A stretch of 64,000 nt of DNA from Verrucomicrobiales bacterium (GTDB taxonomy: Bacteria > Verrucomicrobiota > Verrucomicrobiia > Limisphaerales > Palsa-1400). This document shows, in pieces, positions 46,384 to 54,751 of this stretch; position 1 is the first letter of the stretch; every line of letters starts with the position of its first letter. A model generated the notes under the pieces. That model saw only the letters and a list, made by a program, of their open reading frames with translations. It was not told the origin of the DNA and did no database searches. Made by a program: the position numbers and the translations under genes. Location: NCBI GenBank assembly GCA_003138485.1, contig PLGF01000173.1:31281-95280 (forward strand). The letters run 5' to 3'.

Positions 46384-48059
46384 GCCGCCCGCGCAAATGG
46401 ATTCGGCGGTTGCTCTGGATCGCGGGCGGCGGGGTGATCGCGCTGGTGGTTTTGTGGGGCGTGATGCTCGCGCTGATGTATCAATGGGTGGCGCAGCCGC
46501 CGCCGCTGGCGCGGCCCCCGGCCATCGTTTCGCTCGCGCCCGAAGCCCGCGGCGACCGGGTCTATCTCGGCCAAAACTGGTTTGGCAGGCGCGATAACCT
46601 GCCGGTGCTTTACCTCGCCGGCGGGCCTTTTGAGATGGGTTATGCCAACGGAGTGTTGACACAGAAACTCATTCATCGCCAGGAGGATTCCGTGCTCGCC
46701 CTGCTCAATCGCGCCGCTCCCTGGAAGGGGCTGCAATTCGCGCTGAAGTTCTTTGTGACGTTCAAGAACCGGCATATCGCGGCGAACATCACGCCGGATT
46801 TGCAAATGGAAATGCTGGGCATCGCCAGCGGCTGTCCCGACGCCCATCCCGATATGGGCCCGTGTTACAACCGCGTTTTGAATTATCACGCCGCCCAGGA
46901 CATCTCCTACATGTTGATGAACAGCCCGCTCCTGCGGCGCGGCTGCACGGCCTTCGGCGCGTGGGGCGGCGCCACGATGGGAAGCCATTTGCTGTGCGGA
47001 CGCGATTTTGACTGGGAAGCCGACCCGGTGTTTGACGAGAATAGAGTTTTGATCATTTGCGAGCCGAGCAACGGCATCCCCTTCATTTCGCTGGCGTGGG
47101 CGGGCATGGCCGGCTGCGTTTCCGGCATGAACCGCGAAGGCGTTTCCATCGTCGTCAACGGAGCCCCCTCGCATCTGCCTGCCGACGGCGCGACGCCCAC
47201 GTGCCTGGTGGCGCGCGAGGTGTTGGAACACGCCCGCAACCTGGCTGAAGCGACCGCGATCATCCGCAAACGCCGGGTGTTCGTCTCCGCGATGTTTCTC
47301 ATCGGCAGCCGCGCGGACGGGAAATTCATCGTGGTCGAGAAGACGCCGGAAAAAACGGCCGTGCGCGAGCCGGAGAGAAGCGCGGACTGGCTTGTCTGCG
47401 CCAATCATTATCTGACGGCGGAATTGAAAGACGACCCGATCAACGAGACCTACAAACGCGCCGACACTTCGTTGCCGCGCTTTGAACGCATGACGGAGCT
47501 TCTGGGCGCTGAAACCAATCGTCTTGACGCGTCGGGATGCGCGGCGATTCTCCGCGACCGGCGCCTGCCCGGCGGCGGGTTTGCGGGCAATGGCCACCGC
47601 GCCTCGCTGAATCCCCTCATCGCAACGCATTCGGTGGTGATGGATTTGACGGCGGGAGTTTTCTGGGCCGCCACCCCGCCGCACCAGCTTGGAAAATTTA
47701 TCGCGTTCAACCTGGGCGCGCCGGAGGAATTATTGCCCGAACAAGCCTTGCCTGCTGATCCGATGCTCGGCGACGGCGAATACAAAAGCTATCTCGCCGC
47801 CAAAAGCGATCTGGGCGAGGGCTGGCGCGCTTTGAAAAAGGCCGATCTCGCCGCGGCGCTGGCGTTCGCGACGGCGGCGGAGAAGAACAATCCCGGTTTT
47901 TATCAGAACTCGTGGCTGTGCGCCGAGGTCCTCCTCCGCCAGGGCAAACAAGCCGAAGCGACCGATGCGTGTCAGCGCGCGCTGGCCGGCAAGCCGGCGC
48001 TGGCCGGAGAACGGCGGCGGATAGAACAACTCCTGGCCCGGGCGAAAGCGCTCCCATGA
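46380..48059 (+). CDS. peptidase C45 family acyl-CoA:6-APA acyltransferase-like protein with an N-terminal TM and a C-terminal TPR-like tail
   Basis: N-terminal TM, then the autoproteolysis/nucleophile region RRGCTAFGAWGG typical of C45 (Ntn-hydrolase) acyltransferases. Confidence 0.55.
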   Translation: MSRPRKWIRRLLWIAGGGVIALVVLWGVMLALMYQWVAQPPPLARPPAIVSLAPEARGDRVYLGQNWFGRRDNLPVLYLAGGPFEMGYANGVLTQKLIHRQEDSVLALLNRAAPWKGLQFALKFFVTFKNRHIAANITPDLQMEMLGIASGCPDAHPDMGPCYNRVLNYHAAQDISYMLMNSPLLRRGCTAFGAWGGATMGSHLLCGRDFDWEADPVFDENRVLIICEPSNGIPFISLAWAGMAGCVSGMNREGVSIVVNGAPSHLPADGATPTCLVAREVLEHARNLAEATAIIRKRRVFVSAMFLIGSRADGKFIVVEKTPEKTAVREPERSADWLVCANHYLTAELKDDPINETYKRADTSLPRFERMTELLGAETNRLDASGCAAILRDRRLPGGGFAGNGHRASLNPLIATHSVVMDLTAGVFWAATPPHQLGKFIAFNLGAPEELLPEQALPADPMLGDGEYKSYLAAKSDLGEGWRALKKADLAAALAFATAAEKNNPGFYQNSWLCAEVLLRQGKQAEATDACQRALAGKPALAGERRRIEQLLARAKALP

Positions 48060-48868
48060 AAACCCCATCCGAAACCTTCTACCCGCTGAAGGTCGCGCTG
48101 GGCTGCGTCGGCTATGCCAGCTATTTCGCGTCGAAGATCGTTTTCGTCGCGCTGGTTTTTCCGGCGTTTCTGATCCTGCTGCCCTTTCGGCGGGCGCGGC
48201 AACGTTTCATTCAGGTGGTGACGCATCGTTACCTGGGATTCTTTTCCCGCTGCTGGCTGCCCTTTATCGGCTCGTACCAGATCGCCGAGATTTCCGGCCT
48301 CCAACAGGCGCTGGCCGCGCGTCCGGCGGTCCTGGTGGCCAATCACCGCAGCCTGATGGACGCCCTGTTGGTGCTCGGCCTGCTGCCGCGCAGCGGCGCG
48401 TTGATAAAATCGCGCGACACGCGCAAGGTGATGAACGGCCTGCTGGCGCGCTATTTCGACTTGGTGAGCATTGACCGCGGCTCGCTGGAATCCGTTTCCG
48501 CCACGCTCGAAAAAAGCCGGCGCTTGCTGGCCGGCGGCAAGAACCTGCTGGTGTTTCCCGAAGGCACGCGCGCGCGCAGCGGGCGTCTGCAACATTTCAA
48601 CCTCATCGCCTTCGACCTGGCCCTGGCCGCCCGCGTGCCGGTGGTGCCGGTGATCCTCCACACCCCCTGGCCTTTCATGGCCAAGCTGCCCGGCAGCATC
48701 TTTCCCCGTCACCGCAACGATTACAGAATCCGGTTTCTTGACCCGGAGATTCCCGGCCGCGATGATGACGCCGCCGCGCTGTGCGATCGCGTCCATCGCC
48801 GGATGGCGCGGGAGCTGAAGCAATTGGACGCGGGCACGATCTGGGAAATCAAATCACCTCAGCCATGA
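48056..48868 (+). CDS. lysophospholipid / 1-acyl-glycerol-3-phosphate acyltransferase family protein (PlsC/OlsA-like)
   Basis: HX4D motif (ANHRSLMD) and FPEGTR motif; two N-terminal TM helices. Confidence 0.75.
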   Translation: MKTPSETFYPLKVALGCVGYASYFASKIVFVALVFPAFLILLPFRRARQRFIQVVTHRYLGFFSRCWLPFIGSYQIAEISGLQQALAARPAVLVANHRSLMDALLVLGLLPRSGALIKSRDTRKVMNGLLARYFDLVSIDRGSLESVSATLEKSRRLLAGGKNLLVFPEGTRARSGRLQHFNLIAFDLALAARVPVVPVILHTPWPFMAKLPGSIFPRHRNDYRIRFLDPEIPGRDDDAAALCDRVHRRMARELKQLDAGTIWEIKSPQP

Positions 48869-49347
48869 ATACCAAACCATTGTTTGCCCTGGAAGACATC
48901 CTGCCGGTGCTGCCGCATCGCCCGCCGTTTCTGTTTGTTGACCGCGTGATGCTTCTGGAGCCGCACAAACTCATCATCGCCGAACGCGCGCTGCGACCGG
49001 ACGAACCGCACTTTGCCGGGCATTTTCCGGGCCGGCCCATCATGCCCGGCGTGCTCATCGCCGAGGCGCTGGCCCAAACCGCCGGCCTGCTGATCGGCTT
49101 GAGCGAAAAACTCTCCGCCGCCGCCCCGCCGCAAAAACCCAAGGTGTTTTTTCTCGCTCTCACGAACATCAAGTTCACCCATCCCGCCGTGCCGGGCGAC
49201 GTGCTGGCCCTGCGCGCGGCCATCGACCGCCAGTTCGGCGCGCTGCATCGTTTCAACGTGGAAGCGACATCGGGCCGCAACCTCGTGGCCTCCGGCTCGC
49301 TGACTTTGGCGCTGGTTGAGGGAAACAACTCAGCCGCGAACGCCTAA
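48865..49347 (+). CDS. 3-hydroxyacyl-ACP dehydratase (FabZ/FabA-like hotdog)
   Basis: HRPPFLFVDRV...DEPHFAGHFPGRPIMPGVLIAEALAQ signature. Confidence 0.8.
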   Translation: MNTKPLFALEDILPVLPHRPPFLFVDRVMLLEPHKLIIAERALRPDEPHFAGHFPGRPIMPGVLIAEALAQTAGLLIGLSEKLSAAAPPQKPKVFFLALTNIKFTHPAVPGDVLALRAAIDRQFGALHRFNVEATSGRNLVASGSLTLALVEGNNSAANA

Positions 49348-51096
49348 AGCCTCAAAAATAATCCCAATCATCCGCCGGTTGGTTTCGGCGTCCTTGACGG
49401 CGATGCGCACGGCGCGGTTCCCCAAGCACGATCCCATCGTGGCGACGTTGCGCAGGAACAGGCCGCGCTCGCGGCAGCGGGCGATGAGGGCGTCGGCATC
49501 CGGGCCGTTCTCAGGCAGGTGGCACAGGACAAAGTTGGTGACGCCGGGAATGATCTCCCAGTTCAGGGGCTTGAGCGCCTCAATGAGTTGCAGCCGCAAG
49601 GCGCGCGTCTCCTGGTATTTCGCGGCGTAGTAGGCGGGGTCTTCGAGCGCCTTGACCGCGGCGATCTGGGCGGGAAGGCTCACGGCCCACGGCGGGGTCA
49701 GCGCCCGCAACGACTCCAGTTGATGCGGGCCGGCGCACAGATACGCCACCCGCGCCCCGCTCAGCGCATAGGCCTTGGACATCGACTTGCAGACAATTAT
49801 ATTTTCCGAACGCGCGGCAAACGGCTCAAGCGACTGGCCCGGCCCGGCGTAGTCAACGTAGGTTTCGTCCACCCACACGCGCGTCGCCGGGGGCGCCTTG
49901 CGCAAAGCGTCCTCCAGCTCTTCGCGCGGCACATGCTGGCCCGAGGGACTGTTGGGGTTGACCAGCACGATAAGGTCGTATTCGCCGGCCAGGCTCAACT
50001 CAAGGCGGCCCGGATCAAGGCGGTATTGTTCGGCGCGCGGCAAGGAGAGCCGCTCGACGCGGCAGCCAACGATGCGCTCCAGGACATGCGCGTATTCGCC
50101 GTAGGTCGGATCGAGTATCAGCACCCGCGAATCCGCCGTCAGCCAGCGTCCCAACGCCAGGAAGATCAGGTTGGAAGAACCGGCGCCAGGCAAAATGCAC
50201 TCCGGGCGCACGCCCCGCTCCCGCGCAATGGTCCGGATCAATCCTTCGCAGCCCGTCGGTGGCGACGCCCGCAGAATCTGCGGCAGGCGTTGCGCGAGCG
50301 CCGCGACGGCCTTGGGCGAGGGCGGGAACCAGGCGTCCAGCACGTCGGCATTGATGATCGAATCCAGCCGTTCCAGCGTTTGAAACTCGTCGCCGACGGC
50401 TTCAAAGAATTTCCCGCCGTGGTAGCAGGCGGCGGGCGTGTCAAACGCGACGCCGATCTGCCACGCTATTTCGGTCTGAACCCGCTCGAGGATAGGGCGG
50501 ACGCCGGGAAGGGCCGCGTGGATGTCGGCCAGGGTTCCATGCAGCAGGCCGTAGGTGACCGCGCCGGCCCGCACATCCTGGCCTGTCGGCTTAAGCCCGA
50601 CCCGGAGATGGATGTTGCGGATTTCCTTGCGGCCGATGGCCGCAATGCGCGTGCCGCCGCGCGCCTCGACCCAGCGAAACGCGGCATACATGAGCGCCGA
50701 GGCGAGAAGACTGCGCCGGGAGGCCTGCGGCACCGTGAGCAGGCGGATCTCGTAGAGTTTGTCGTCCACGGAAAAGGGCAGTTGCCCGCGCGTGAAATAC
50801 TTGTCAATTGAATAGCCTGCCCCGCCCGGCGGCGTGATCGATACGAATCCCGCGATCCGGCCGCCGTCGGCGACCACGATATAATGGTTGAACGCATCGA
50901 GCGAATCGGTCAGCCGCCCGGCCTCGTTGCGGGAATGTTGTCCCAGCTCGGCGGCATAAACCTCGTGGCGCATCCGGTAAATCGTTTCGCGGTCGCGCTC
51001 GTCCGCCATGCGCATGACCAGCCGGCGGGCGGACGGGAGGTCCGCGCCGGTTGGCTCATCCGACATCGTGGGTAATTGCAGGACCTTTGACGGCAT
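49330..51096 (-). CDS. fusion protein: N-terminal GNAT-like N-acyltransferase domain (OlsB / N-acyl-amino-acid-synthase-like) plus a C-terminal class I/II PLP-dependent aminotransferase (HisC-like)
   Basis: The N-terminal ~200 aa have a GNAT/LuxI-like fold pattern (YRMRHEVYAAELGQ...HYIVVADGGRIAGFVSI). The C-terminal ~380 aa have the NPNSPSG motif and the PLP-Lys motif SMSKAYALSGARVAY. Confidence 0.6.
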   Translation of the reverse strand: MPSKVLQLPTMSDEPTGADLPSARRLVMRMADERDRETIYRMRHEVYAAELGQHSRNEAGRLTDSLDAFNHYIVVADGGRIAGFVSITPPGGAGYSIDKYFTRGQLPFSVDDKLYEIRLLTVPQASRRSLLASALMYAAFRWVEARGGTRIAAIGRKEIRNIHLRVGLKPTGQDVRAGAVTYGLLHGTLADIHAALPGVRPILERVQTEIAWQIGVAFDTPAACYHGGKFFEAVGDEFQTLERLDSIINADVLDAWFPPSPKAVAALAQRLPQILRASPPTGCEGLIRTIARERGVRPECILPGAGSSNLIFLALGRWLTADSRVLILDPTYGEYAHVLERIVGCRVERLSLPRAEQYRLDPGRLELSLAGEYDLIVLVNPNSPSGQHVPREELEDALRKAPPATRVWVDETYVDYAGPGQSLEPFAARSENIIVCKSMSKAYALSGARVAYLCAGPHQLESLRALTPPWAVSLPAQIAAVKALEDPAYYAAKYQETRALRLQLIEALKPLNWEIIPGVTNFVLCHLPENGPDADALIARCRERGLFLRNVATMGSCLGNRAVRIAVKDAETNRRMIGIIFEALGVRG

Positions 51097-51105
51097 TGCG
51101 GGACT

Positions 51106-52035
51106 TTAGTTAAGGCGCGCGGCCATTTCAATGCCGCGCTGATTGTTGACGTTGCAAATCCTTGTCTCCCTCCCGAAGCCGTTGGCTCGCGCCAAACCGG
51201 ACAGCACGCGCCCCGGCCCGACCTCGAACAACGACAATTTTTCCGCCCCGCGCAACGAAGCCATCGCCGTCCGCCAGCGGACTGGCTCAACAAGGTTGCG
51301 GGCGATGAGTTGCCGGATTTCCCGCGCGTCGCTTTCCGGCGCGGCGGTGACGTTGAAAATCAACGGGGCCTGCGACGCGCGAAATTCAATCGTGTCGAGC
51401 CAGATCGAGAACTCGCGCCGCGCCCGCGCCATGAACGGGCTGTGCCACGGCCCGGCAACGGCAAGCCGGCGGCACTGGCCCAGCTTCTGAGCCGCAATGA
51501 CTGAAGCGAACTGTTCGAGCGCGCCATTCTCGCCGGAAACAACGATCTGGTTCGGGGCGTTGTCATTGGCCAAAACGATGGGCGCGCCGGTGAATTCCCG
51601 CGCGAGCAAACGCGGAACAGTGTCCCGCTCAACGGAAGTTACCGCGGCCATCCCCCCCGGCGCTCCGGCGGCGGCAGCCTCCATCAATTCGCCGCGCTTG
51701 GCTGCGATATCCACGGCGGCTTCAAAACTCACGATGCCCGCCGCCGCAAGCGCTGAGATTTCGCCAAGCGAATGGCCGAGAATTCTCTCCGGCCGCACGC
51801 CGCTCTCCAGCAGCCGGCGCAGATAGCCGAGTGAAACGCAGACCAGCAGCGGCTGAAGATTCCGGGTGCGCGTCAATTCGCGGTCCGGCCCGCGCAGGCA
51901 GATTCTTTCCAAATCGCAGCCCGTCCGGTCGCTCGCGCGGCCGACAAGCTCGCGAAACGGCGCATCCCCCTTGAACAGGTCCGAAGCCATGCCGGTCTCC
52001 TGCGAACCCTGGCCGGGGAAAAGAAACACATTCAT
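51106..52035 (-). CDS. fabD: malonyl-CoA:ACP transacylase
   Basis: FLFPGQGSQ and GHSLGE active-site motifs. Confidence 0.85.
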   Translation of the reverse strand: MNVFLFPGQGSQETGMASDLFKGDAPFRELVGRASDRTGCDLERICLRGPDRELTRTRNLQPLLVCVSLGYLRRLLESGVRPERILGHSLGEISALAAAGIVSFEAAVDIAAKRGELMEAAAAGAPGGMAAVTSVERDTVPRLLAREFTGAPIVLANDNAPNQIVVSGENGALEQFASVIAAQKLGQCRRLAVAGPWHSPFMARARREFSIWLDTIEFRASQAPLIFNVTAAPESDAREIRQLIARNLVEPVRWRTAMASLRGAEKLSLFEVGPGRVLSGLARANGFGRETRICNVNNQRGIEMAARLN

Positions 52036-52040
52036 CGCAA

Positions 52041-52784
52041 TCAAGCCGCTGTGGCGGTCAGGCCGCCATCCACGACAACGCACTGGCCCATGATGTAGGA
52101 GGCCGCATCGGAGGCCAGAAACGCGACGACGGCCGCGATTTCCTCGGGCCGCCCGAATCGTTTGAGGAGGATGCGTTCGAGGTTCTTCTCCTTGATCTGG
52201 CGCGGCACGCGCGCCGACATGTCAGTCTCAACGAAGCCGGGCGCGACGGAATTGACGCGGATGTTTCTGGAGCCCAGTTCCGCCGCAAGCGCCCGGGTGA
52301 ACGCCAGCAGCGCCCCTTTGGAGGCGGCGTAATTGGTCTGGCCCATGACGCCGATGATGCCGGCGATGGACGCCAGATTGATGATGACGCCGCGGCGCAC
52401 GCGGAGCATCGGACGGGTCACGGCCTTGCACCAGCGATAGACGCCGTTGAGGTTCGTGTCAATGACGCGGTTCCAGTCCTCCTCCGGCATCAGCATGAGA
52501 AACATATCGGCGGTGATGCCGGCGTTGTTGACCAGCACGTCAATCTTCCCGGCGGCGGCGATGATTTTTTCCACCGCGGCCTCTATGGCCCCGGCGTCGT
52601 CCTGCGCGCACTGGATGGCCTCGGCCTTTGTGGCGGCGGCAACTTCATCGGCCGCCTTCCCGTTCTGATGAAACGTAAAAAACACCCTCGCGCCCCCCGC
52701 GGCGAAGCGTTCCACGATGGCGCGGCCAATGCCGCGCGAACCCCCGGTGACGATGACGACTTGACCTTCAAATTCGAGGCTCAT
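52041..52784 (-). CDS. fabG: 3-oxoacyl-ACP reductase (SDR)
   Basis: TGGSRGIGRAI Rossmann motif, NNAGI, and the YxxxK catalytic dyad (YAASKGA). Confidence 0.85.
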   Translation of the reverse strand: MSLEFEGQVVIVTGGSRGIGRAIVERFAAGGARVFFTFHQNGKAADEVAAATKAEAIQCAQDDAGAIEAAVEKIIAAAGKIDVLVNNAGITADMFLMLMPEEDWNRVIDTNLNGVYRWCKAVTRPMLRVRRGVIINLASIAGIIGVMGQTNYAASKGALLAFTRALAAELGSRNIRVNSVAPGFVETDMSARVPRQIKEKNLERILLKRFGRPEEIAAVVAFLASDAASYIMGQCVVVDGGLTATAA

Positions 52785-52795
52785 AATTCAGGGGT

Positions 52796-53242
52796 TCATT
52801 TCAGCGCCTGGTAGCGCCGCCAGATTTCGTCGGGCCATTCCTTGACGAGTTTCCGGGTCTGCCTGTTTGACATCGTCACCGCGGTCTGGCCGAACGCCAT
52901 CGCGGCGCGATGTTTTTCGTGGATGAGGTAGTGGCTGAAGACCAGCCGCCCTTCGTAGGCGGGCTGGACGCGGTGCGTGGTGTAAAGGAGCAGCGGCATC
53001 CCCAATGTCACCGGCTTGCGGTAATGGCAGACGTTTTCCACCACGGGCATGAACACTCCCAGTTTCATCGCCTCCTCAAGCGGCAGCACTTCAAAGAGGA
53101 TCTGCAATCGGCCCTCCTCGAACCATAGAAAATAATTTGAGTTGTGAATCACGCCCATCATGTCCGTCTCGTGAAACGCCGGCTGGATGAGCCGCTTGCG
53201 CTTGATCAGGCGGCCTTTGGATTGGGACAACAGATTCAACAT
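52796..53242 (-). CDS. acyl-CoA/acyl-ACP thioesterase (4HBT/YbgC-like hotdog)
   Basis: 148-aa hotdog-fold pattern (HETDMMGVIHNSNYFLWFEEGR). Confidence 0.65.
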   Translation of the reverse strand: MLNLLSQSKGRLIKRKRLIQPAFHETDMMGVIHNSNYFLWFEEGRLQILFEVLPLEEAMKLGVFMPVVENVCHYRKPVTLGMPLLLYTTHRVQPAYEGRLVFSHYLIHEKHRAAMAFGQTAVTMSNRQTRKLVKEWPDEIWRRYQALK

Positions 53243-53255
53243 GCGCCCGCCTGGT

Positions 53256-54362
53256 TCACATCTCGTCGAGCTTCACCGTCAGGCTCTTCGGCACGATCGG
53301 CGGCATGGATATCGAACGCGCCACCGCGCCGTCGGGCGCGCCGACGCGGAATGGCAGGCCGGAAAACGCCAATTCCAACGGCAGCAATCCCAGCGCCAGC
53401 GGCTGGTTCAGCACATGCGAAACGCAGCCGGTCACGACCGCGCCCACGGCCCTGCCTTCGTGGAAAATCCGCGCGCCGCTCCGCAGCGCGGCGCAATCCG
53501 CGTCCGCCGCGAAACCGATGATTTTTTGCTTCAAGCCGGCGGCGCGGCGTTCCTTGATGGCCGCGCAGCCGCTGAAATTCTCCTTCTCCATATCCATCAT
53601 CCACTGCAAACCAAGCGGCAGGGGGTCGCGCACGATTTCGCCTTCGCGGAATATGTTGAAGAACCGCCCTTCCAGCCGGAGCGCGTCATGCGCGTCCGCG
53701 CCGGCAAGCCGTCCGCTCCGCTCATCAACCCCGGCCTTCAGCGCGTCGAACAACTCCGCCGCGATCTTCACCGGCGCCACCAGCAGGTAGCCGAACTCTG
53801 ACGTCTTGCCCGCCCGAATGAAGCGCACCGGCTCGCCCAGGAACTGGTAATTCTCAATCGACAGATAAGGCAGGCCGATGATGTCCGGGCCAAAAATCTT
53901 TTTTACAATCTCCCACGCCCTGAAACCATCCAGGCTCAGGACGACGTGGTCGGCGGTCAAATCCTTGGCCGGAGATTCTTTGCCCTCCAAAGAGAGCAGC
54001 GCGTTCAGTTGGGCGTCCGGCACAATGCTTTCGCAGATGAAGACAAACTCCTGGTCGTTGTTCGCTACGAAACAATCCGCGGCCAGTAGTCCATTGTTGT
54101 CGGCCAGAAACGTGTGGAGCACGCGGCCGAAGCGGATTTTGGGCACGTTGCCCGCCAGCAGCGCATCAAGGTAATCAATGCCAGGCGTCTCGGGCAGCGT
54201 GAAAACGCGCGCGAAAGAAAAATCCGCCAGCGCGGCGGCGTCGCGCACCGCCCCGCATTCGGCGCGCGGATTTCCAAAATGCGCCGCGACCTCGACGCCG
54301 TGGCGTTCACGAAACACCGCGCCGGCGGCGGCGAGCTTCTCTCTGAGAGGGGAGCTTCTCAC
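53256..54362 (-). CDS. aminomethyltransferase-family (GcvT/YgfZ-like folate-binding) protein
   Basis: GcvT-like fold features across the 368 aa (N-terminal folate-binding domain and C-terminal barrel). It is co-operonic with an ACP and the thioesterase. Confidence 0.45.
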   Translation of the reverse strand: MRSSPLREKLAAAGAVFRERHGVEVAAHFGNPRAECGAVRDAAALADFSFARVFTLPETPGIDYLDALLAGNVPKIRFGRVLHTFLADNNGLLAADCFVANNDQEFVFICESIVPDAQLNALLSLEGKESPAKDLTADHVVLSLDGFRAWEIVKKIFGPDIIGLPYLSIENYQFLGEPVRFIRAGKTSEFGYLLVAPVKIAAELFDALKAGVDERSGRLAGADAHDALRLEGRFFNIFREGEIVRDPLPLGLQWMMDMEKENFSGCAAIKERRAAGLKQKIIGFAADADCAALRSGARIFHEGRAVGAVVTGCVSHVLNQPLALGLLPLELAFSGLPFRVGAPDGAVARSISMPPIVPKSLTVKLDEM

Positions 54363-54655
54363 GCGCGGCCCCCTTTGGCGTCCTGCTGTACGATCACGAA
54401 GTCCACAACCGTATTGATTGAGCGCAACACGGAGATATTATCATCAGGAATCTTGATGTTGAAGCAGGTCTCCACGCACAGGACGATTTCCAGCGCGTCG
54501 AGCGAATCCAATCCCAAACCGGAGCCGAGCAGCGACACGTCCTCGTGCAAATCTTCCGGGAGGAAGGGCAAATTCAGGCGGCGGATCAATTCCTGTTTGA
54601 AGGTGTCTATCACCTGGCGCCGGCGCGCTATGGTTCGATCAATTGCTTCGGACAT
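54359..54655 (-). CDS. acyl carrier protein (second ACP of the cluster)
   Basis: GLGLDSLDALEIV phosphopantetheine site. Confidence 0.75.
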   Translation of the reverse strand: MSEAIDRTIARRRQVIDTFKQELIRRLNLPFLPEDLHEDVSLLGSGLGLDSLDALEIVLCVETCFNIKIPDDNISVLRSINTVVDFVIVQQDAKGGRA

Positions 54656-54751
54656 TAAGGCTTTCAGTTAAACCGCCATTTTTGCCCCCGCGCATCCGAT
54701 TATCAAGCCGAAATTGACAATCCTGGGGCAGATGGGCACGCTCCCGCCGCA

